A DNA stretch of 64,000 nt from Leptonemataceae bacterium. Lineage in GTDB: Bacteria; Spirochaetota; Leptospiria; Leptospirales; Leptonemataceae. This document shows positions 59,078 through 64,000 of this stretch, piece by piece (the first letter of the stretch is position 1; every line of letters starts with the position of its first letter). The position numbers and the translations under genes are program-made. The notes under the pieces were generated by a model. It did no database searches. It was not told the DNA's origin and saw nothing but the letters and a program-made list of their open reading frames with translations. The stretch covers positions 20,152-84,151 of the forward strand of contig CBDDID010000003.1 of the NCBI GenBank assembly GCA_965228745.1, written 5' to 3'.

Positions 59078-60502
59078 TCAGGACCCCATTACCCAGGTAT
59101 CTTTTGTTCCGCCGCCCTGTGAAGAGTTGACCACCAGGGAGTCCCGGGGCAGGGCTACTCTTGTAAGGCCGCCTGGCATCACGTATATCTCTTCTTCAAA
59201 GAGGATAAAGGGTCGCAAATCCACATGCCGTCCTTCGATGCCATCTTCTACCATGGTGGGTACTCGAGAAAGTCCAAGTACTGGCTGGGCAATAAAGCTT
59301 CGTGGAGAGGCCTGGACTTTCTTACGAAACTCTTCTATTTCTTCGCTGGTGGCCACAGGACCAATAAGCATTCCGTAACCACCGGCTCCGTTGGCCTCTT
59401 TGACTACCAACTCCCCCAGGTTTTCAAGGACATACTTCAGGTCATCCGGTCTGGAGCAGAGGTAAGTGTCTACGTTGGGTATGATGGGATCTTCATCCAG
59501 ATAATAGCGGATCATTTCTGGTACAAAGGCATAGATTACTTTATCATCGGCCACGCCCGTTCCAGGGGCATTGAGCAGGGCTACGTTGCCCTTTCTGTAG
59601 GCTTCGAACAGGCCAGGAACGCCCAGCATTGATTCGGGATTGAACGCTTCCGGATCCAGAAAATCATCGTCAATTCTTCGGTAGATCACATCCACCGGCT
59701 TAAGTCCCTGGGTAGTGCGCATATAAACTCGATGGTCTCGAACAATAAGGTCCGTGCCGCTGACCAGAGGGATCCCCATTTTCTGGGCTAGAAAGGAATG
59801 TTCATAATAAGCAGAATTGTAGATTCCGGGGGTCAATACAACGCAGGAAGGAGCGGCCGCATCGCTTAGATATTCCATGGTGCCCCGAAGCCGAATCGGG
59901 TAGTCGTAAATGGTGCGAATTTTGTGGCTTCGAAAGAGATCGGGAAACGTACGCTTCATTACCTCCCGGTTTTCCAGTACATAGGAAACCCCGGATGGGC
60001 AGCGAACATTGTCTTCCAATACGCGAAAGGTGCCCTCGGCATCCCGCACCAGGTCTGTACCGCTGATATGAATCCAGATATCTCGAGGCGGACGAAAGCC
60101 CTCCAGTTGCTTCAAGTAGCTGGGGCTGGAATAGACATACTCGGAATCCACTACTTTGTCTTCCAGGATCCTTTTTGCCCCGTAGATATCCTTCAGAAAT
60201 TCGTTGAGCGCCGTCGCCCTTTGCTTCAGTCCTTGCTCCAGATGTTTCCAATCCGGAGGCGTAATAATCCGGGGGATAATGTCAAAGGGGATGATTCGTT
60301 CTTCGGCCTTTGCATCGCCATAGACGCGAAATGTAATTCCAAGGGAGATCAGGGCCTGTTCGGCCTCATCCTTTCTGTGCTGAAGTTCAGACTCTGTCAT
60401 CGAGTCGATTTGATCGCGCAGCGGGAAATACCCGGGTCGCGGCTCGCCATCTGCGGCGAACATTTCATCAAAGAAAGCTCCTGTTGCATAGTTCTGTAGC
60501 AT
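59078..60502 (-). CDS. circularly permuted ATP-grasp protein (type 2)
   Basis: PRPGYFPL...GITFRVYG...LLNAPGTGVADDKVIYAFVPEMIRYYL. ORF 59078-60643, trimmed to ATG 60502, behind GGAAGGA. Confidence 0.85.
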   Translation of the reverse strand: MLQNYATGAFFDEMFAADGEPRPGYFPLRDQIDSMTESELQHRKDEAEQALISLGITFRVYGDAKAEERIIPFDIIPRIITPPDWKHLEQGLKQRATALNEFLKDIYGAKRILEDKVVDSEYVYSSPSYLKQLEGFRPPRDIWIHISGTDLVRDAEGTFRVLEDNVRCPSGVSYVLENREVMKRTFPDLFRSHKIRTIYDYPIRLRGTMEYLSDAAAPSCVVLTPGIYNSAYYEHSFLAQKMGIPLVSGTDLIVRDHRVYMRTTQGLKPVDVIYRRIDDDFLDPEAFNPESMLGVPGLFEAYRKGNVALLNAPGTGVADDKVIYAFVPEMIRYYLDEDPIIPNVDTYLCSRPDDLKYVLENLGELVVKEANGAGGYGMLIGPVATSEEIEEFRKKVQASPRSFIAQPVLGLSRVPTMVEDGIEGRHVDLRPFILFEEEIYVMPGGLTRVALPRDSLVVNSSQGGGTKDTWVMGS

Positions 60503-61002
60503 TTTTCCTTCCGATCCTTTTCTACAATATCTGGCTTCCAATTTCAAGAGAAGTTTACTTCGGGTACCGACGTTGGGGTCCCGGATAGAGATTTCTTGAG
60601 GCGCGGAAAAGCCATTTCTGTTTCTTGTTAGTTTAAATTGCAATTTTCGTGCCCGTTGCCGAGGTTTTGGCTGGTCCGCTGGGCCGGGGGTCTCCCTGGT
60701 GCCTGTGCCATGAAAAGCTGGCCCGCTCCTCTGCAGGAGCCGGACCAGTCTCTTTTTGCCGGGTCAGAGCGCACTTTGTCTGCACGGGCCGAGGATTGGC
60801 GCTTCCGGGAAGAGGGGCGGCGTGGAGCTCTGGACAACTGTCACTGCCCGGGGTAGGCGCCGTAAAACTTCCTGGCCGACCGGCATGCTTAAAAAGGAGC
60901 AGTACGCCTGTAATTCAGGCATTCCACTCAGTTTCTTTCCTATGTGCTCCGTTCCAGGGAAATAGTTGCCCGTGTAAGGGTGTAAAAGCTTTATTGAAGC
61001 AT

Positions 61003-63069
61003 ATGTCGCAGACCACCAATCCCTTAATTCAGCGCAAGACCGGTCCCGAGGAAACCATTCCATTCCAGGATATTGAGCCGGAATTCTTTCTGCCGGCTCT
61101 GGAGCATTTCAAGCAGGAAGCTCAGTCCAACGTGGACGCCATTGTTGGATCGGATCAGGAACCGGACTTTGAGAATACCGTTCTGGCGCTGGAGACTGCC
61201 TCGGAAGAACTGAGTCATGTGGCATCGATCTACTACGTATTGTTTAGCGCTCATGCCACTGAGGGAATTCAAAAGATTGCCGGGGAGGTGTCCACATTTC
61301 TTGCCGGCTTCTCCAGTGACGTAACGTTGAATCAAGAGCTGTTCTCGCGAATCAAGTCCGTCTATGAATCCAGAAAAGGGATACAAAACGCAGAGCAGGC
61401 GCGGCTCCTGGAAGAAACCTATCAGGATTTTGTTCGCAACGGAGCTTCTCTTCCGGAGGCGAAGAGAGAAGATCTGCGAAACATCGATCAGGAACTGGCC
61501 GGGCTTTCTCCAAAATTTTCGGAAAATCTTCTGAAGGCCACAAATCATTACAAGTTGCACCTCAGCAACAAGGAAGATCTGGCCGGTATTCCAGAAATGG
61601 CAATTGAGCAGGCAGCAGCCACCGCCAGCGAAGATGGCAAAGAAGGGTGGGTCTTTACCCTGCAGTTTCCGGATTTTATGCCCTTTATGACATACGCGGA
61701 AAATCGGGAGCTGCGAAAGCAAATGTATCTGGCCTTTCGCAGCCGTGGTATGGGCGAAGCGGCTACTGAATACGGTCAGCCGGCAGGCACCGATAATCGA
61801 CCTGTGGTTCTGGACATCCTGAAGTTGCGCGAAAAGCGAGCGAAGCTTCTGGGATATGGAAATCATGCAGAGTACATTCTGGAGAAGCGGATGGCGCGAA
61901 GCCCCGAAAATGTTCAGAGCTTTCTGGATCGACTGGTGGATGCCAGTCTGCCGGCAGCCCGAAAGGAGCAGGAAGAGCTGGCTGAATTCGCCAGGGAAAT
62001 GGGCTACGATTCTGTACAGCCCTATGACATCAGATTTCTTTCAGAAAAGTTAAAGCAGAAGGTCCATCAATTCGACTCCGAGGAGTTGCGACCCTATTTC
62101 CCTCTGGATCGGGTGATGAAAGGATTGTTTGGAACTGCGGAAAAGCTGTACGGGCTCAGTTTTGAACTGAAAGAAGGCATTCAGGTTTACCATCCCGAGG
62201 TTCAGGTCTATCAGGTAAGTGATGCTGCAGGCCAGGATGTAGGTCTATTCTATGTAGATCTCTTTCCTCGAGAGACAAAGAAAAGCGGAGCATGGATGAC
62301 TTCTTTTCAGGAGCAGGGATTGTTTCGCGGCAAAGTCAGGCGACCTCACATTGGCATTGTTTGTAACTTTACAAAACCTGGCAAAGACAGACCATCCCTG
62401 CTTTCCTACGATGAGGTGCGCACTCTGTTTCATGAGTTTGGCCATGCGCTCCATGGTCTCCTTTCGCGCTGCACATATAGCAGCCTTGCGGGCACAAACG
62501 TTTACTGGGATTTTGTAGAGCTTCCCAGCCAGTTCATGGAAAACTGGGTGCGCAAGAAGGAAGGCCTGGATCTATTTGCTGCCCATTATCAGACCGGCGA
62601 ATCTATACCGGAGGAGCTTGTGAAGAAAATGCAGGCTTCTGAGACGTTTCGCGCCGGTTGGGGCTTTATGACTCAGCTTAACTATGCGACTCTGGATATG
62701 GCCTTTCATACTACACCGGCAGATCAGATCCAGGAAGTTGAGCAATTCGAAATCCAGGCTACGGCGAAGACCAGCCTGGTGGAGGATGCGCCCCATACTT
62801 GCTTTGCTACAGGCTTTGGCCATATCTTCGCCGGCGGGTACTCCGCAGGTTATTACTCCTACAAATGGGCGGAAATCCTTGAAGCAGATGCCTTCGAGCT
62901 ATTCGAAGAAAAGGGCCTTTTTGATCGGGACAGTGCGGATCGATTTAGAGGCTTTATTCTGGAGAAGGGGAATACCCAGGATCCTGCAGAGCTGTACCGT
63001 AGCTTTCGCGGGCGCGACCCGGATCCGGATGCCCTGCTTCGCAGAGAGGGATTGCTCAAGACCGCCTGA
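61003..63069 (+). CDS. dcp: M3-family zinc metallopeptidase (peptidyl-dipeptidase Dcp-like)
   Basis: HEFGHALHGLLS zinc motif. ~688 aa after trimming ORF 60649 to MSQTTNPL... at 61003. Confidence 0.88.
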   Translation: MSQTTNPLIQRKTGPEETIPFQDIEPEFFLPALEHFKQEAQSNVDAIVGSDQEPDFENTVLALETASEELSHVASIYYVLFSAHATEGIQKIAGEVSTFLAGFSSDVTLNQELFSRIKSVYESRKGIQNAEQARLLEETYQDFVRNGASLPEAKREDLRNIDQELAGLSPKFSENLLKATNHYKLHLSNKEDLAGIPEMAIEQAAATASEDGKEGWVFTLQFPDFMPFMTYAENRELRKQMYLAFRSRGMGEAATEYGQPAGTDNRPVVLDILKLREKRAKLLGYGNHAEYILEKRMARSPENVQSFLDRLVDASLPAARKEQEELAEFAREMGYDSVQPYDIRFLSEKLKQKVHQFDSEELRPYFPLDRVMKGLFGTAEKLYGLSFELKEGIQVYHPEVQVYQVSDAAGQDVGLFYVDLFPRETKKSGAWMTSFQEQGLFRGKVRRPHIGIVCNFTKPGKDRPSLLSYDEVRTLFHEFGHALHGLLSRCTYSSLAGTNVYWDFVELPSQFMENWVRKKEGLDLFAAHYQTGESIPEELVKKMQASETFRAGWGFMTQLNYATLDMAFHTTPADQIQEVEQFEIQATAKTSLVEDAPHTCFATGFGHIFAGGYSAGYYSYKWAEILEADAFELFEEKGLFDRDSADRFRGFILEKGNTQDPAELYRSFRGRDPDPDALLRREGLLKTA

Positions 63070-63176
63070 GGGGCTTGCTTAAAACTAAAGGCCGCTCCTT
63101 GCTGCTTGAGTTCCTGCTCTCAATGCTCGTAGTTTGCTGCTTTAGGGAAGGTAGTTTGCGGTTTGCGTATTCAGCA

Positions 63177-63611
63177 TCAGGGCATTACGTTACAGTCTCC
63201 AGCAAAGGGCTGAATTTCCCAGATGCCATCCTGGTTCGATTGAATTTCGTCCCAGGAGAGTTGTTCGGCCTGGTCGATGGTTCTTTCAAAAGGCTCATAA
63301 TCGCTGTATTCGCAGACCGAGCCGCAGAATACTATGGACCCGGAAGGTGCTCCTCCTTTCTCTTGAAGCCATCGAATTCGAATCACTCTATCCTGGATTT
63401 CCCAGGTGCCAAAGCGAACATGGGGTCTTAATTCTGAGACTCTGTATTCGACTCGGATCTGGCCGTTCGCGCAGAAAGCGAATGCATCTTCGCTGCTGGC
63501 CACGGTTCTTATAAGCATCTGATCGGATGGCCGGGATTGGCTGGCCTGCTCCGGGGTTGTGCAGTTCAGAGTTGTCAGTAGAATCAGGAAACCGGGCCAG
63601 AGTTTACGCAT
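63177..63611 (-). CDS. small lipoprotein of unknown function
   Basis: ORF 63177-63758, trimmed to MRKLWPGFLILLTTLNCTT (signal plus lipobox Cys). Confidence 0.5.
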   Translation of the reverse strand: MRKLWPGFLILLTTLNCTTPEQASQSRPSDQMLIRTVASSEDAFAFCANGQIRVEYRVSELRPHVRFGTWEIQDRVIRIRWLQEKGGAPSGSIVFCGSVCEYSDYEPFERTIDQAEQLSWDEIQSNQDGIWEIQPFAGDCNVMP

Positions 63612-63812
63612 GACCTGAGAATTCGCATCTAACTTTCGTCTGCAACTATATATTCTGCGCCCCGCATAACTACAGAAAATCAATGGATTTGTGGGCGATG
63701 AGAGCGCAGAAAAACCGCCGGGACTCCAGGGAAAATCCTGGAGATCATGGATCGCCAATAAGCGGCGCGTTTTTCGGGGAAGGTCCGGCTTCGCTGTTAA
63801 TTTCTGAGCGCC

Positions 63813-64000
63813 CTAGATATGAATGCCGTTTACGGCATCAGAAATACGGCCGTTTACTTTGATAATGAAGTAATTGGTGTAATTTGCGATGTCTTTGCGG
63901 AATTTGGTGACGTAGCGCACAGCCCTGGTCTGGTCCAGCTCAAATAGCCGGGATTCCATTTCTCGCAGGGATTCTTCCATTTCGATGAGGATGTGTTTCA
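63813..64000 (-). CDS. hypothetical protein, C-terminal fragment (gene continues beyond the right edge)
   Basis: My own minus-strand translation: ...KHILIEMEESLREMESRLFELDQTRAVRYVTKFRKDIANYTNYFIIKVNGRISDAVNGIHI*, with the stop at 63815-63813. No family recognised. Confidence 0.35.
   Translation of the reverse strand, partial: KHILIEMEESLREMESRLFELDQTRAVRYVTKFRKDIANYTNYFIIKVNGRISDAVNGIHI

Overview
The window is 64 kb and densely coding, except for an anomalous stretch of about 6 kb at 24.9-31.1 kb. No searches were run. Every family call comes from reading the supplied translations, or my own, and recognising motifs.

Gene content hints at a Leptospiraceae-like spirochaete: futalosine-pathway mqnD plus ubiE/menG, a GAF-GAF-PP2C phosphatase, output-less HAMP membrane proteins, lipobox lipoproteins and a plasmid-style parA-parB-rep module. 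That attribution is inference only.

Ordinary content:
- a menaquinone methyltransferase and an NAD-kinase-like gene
- an envelope operon with a 1191-aa TPR lipoprotein
- tRNA-Pro(CGG)
- an MBL / membrane protein / mqnD operon
- a CaCA antiporter
- a Deg/HtrA protease pair
- a DUF3501 / Fe-S(CCG) / rubrerythrin cluster
- thrS, metF, sahR-ahcY-metH, a rhomboid protease, dtd, an MscS channel and an M3 peptidase

Most interesting observations:
1. A plasmid-type maintenance module sits between housekeeping genes at 30.6-36.2 kb. It has three copies of a non-canonical parS-like palindrome (core GTCGGACGTCCGAC) around a strongly T-depleted tract, then parA, parB, a predicted antisense (ctRNA-like) small RNA in the leader of a winged-helix Rep-like gene, and a translationally coupled discoidin protein carrying eight exact-period 32-aa tail-fibre-type repeats.
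2. Next to it, 24.9-28.3 kb is almost ORF-free and strand-asymmetric. It has a C:G ratio of about 2.3:1, a cluster of C-runs and a G24 homopolymer. It is followed by an operon headed by a sigma-54 activator homologue that has lost its Walker A lysine and GAFTGA loop.
3. A four-gene operon at 51.5-60.5 kb encodes a circularly permuted ATP-grasp protein, an alpha-E protein and transglutaminases. Its 1920-aa ORF fuses a transglutaminase/DUF2126-like protein to a second ATP-grasp and a second alpha-E module.
4. An active Deg-type protease is translationally coupled to a paralogue in which all three catalytic residues are substituted.
5. A membrane protein combines a voltage-sensor-like S1-S4 segment with a HAMP domain and has neither a pore nor an output domain.
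6. A perfect 20-bp palindrome fills the spacer of a near-consensus promoter for an ArsR-methyltransferase (SahR-type) regulator.
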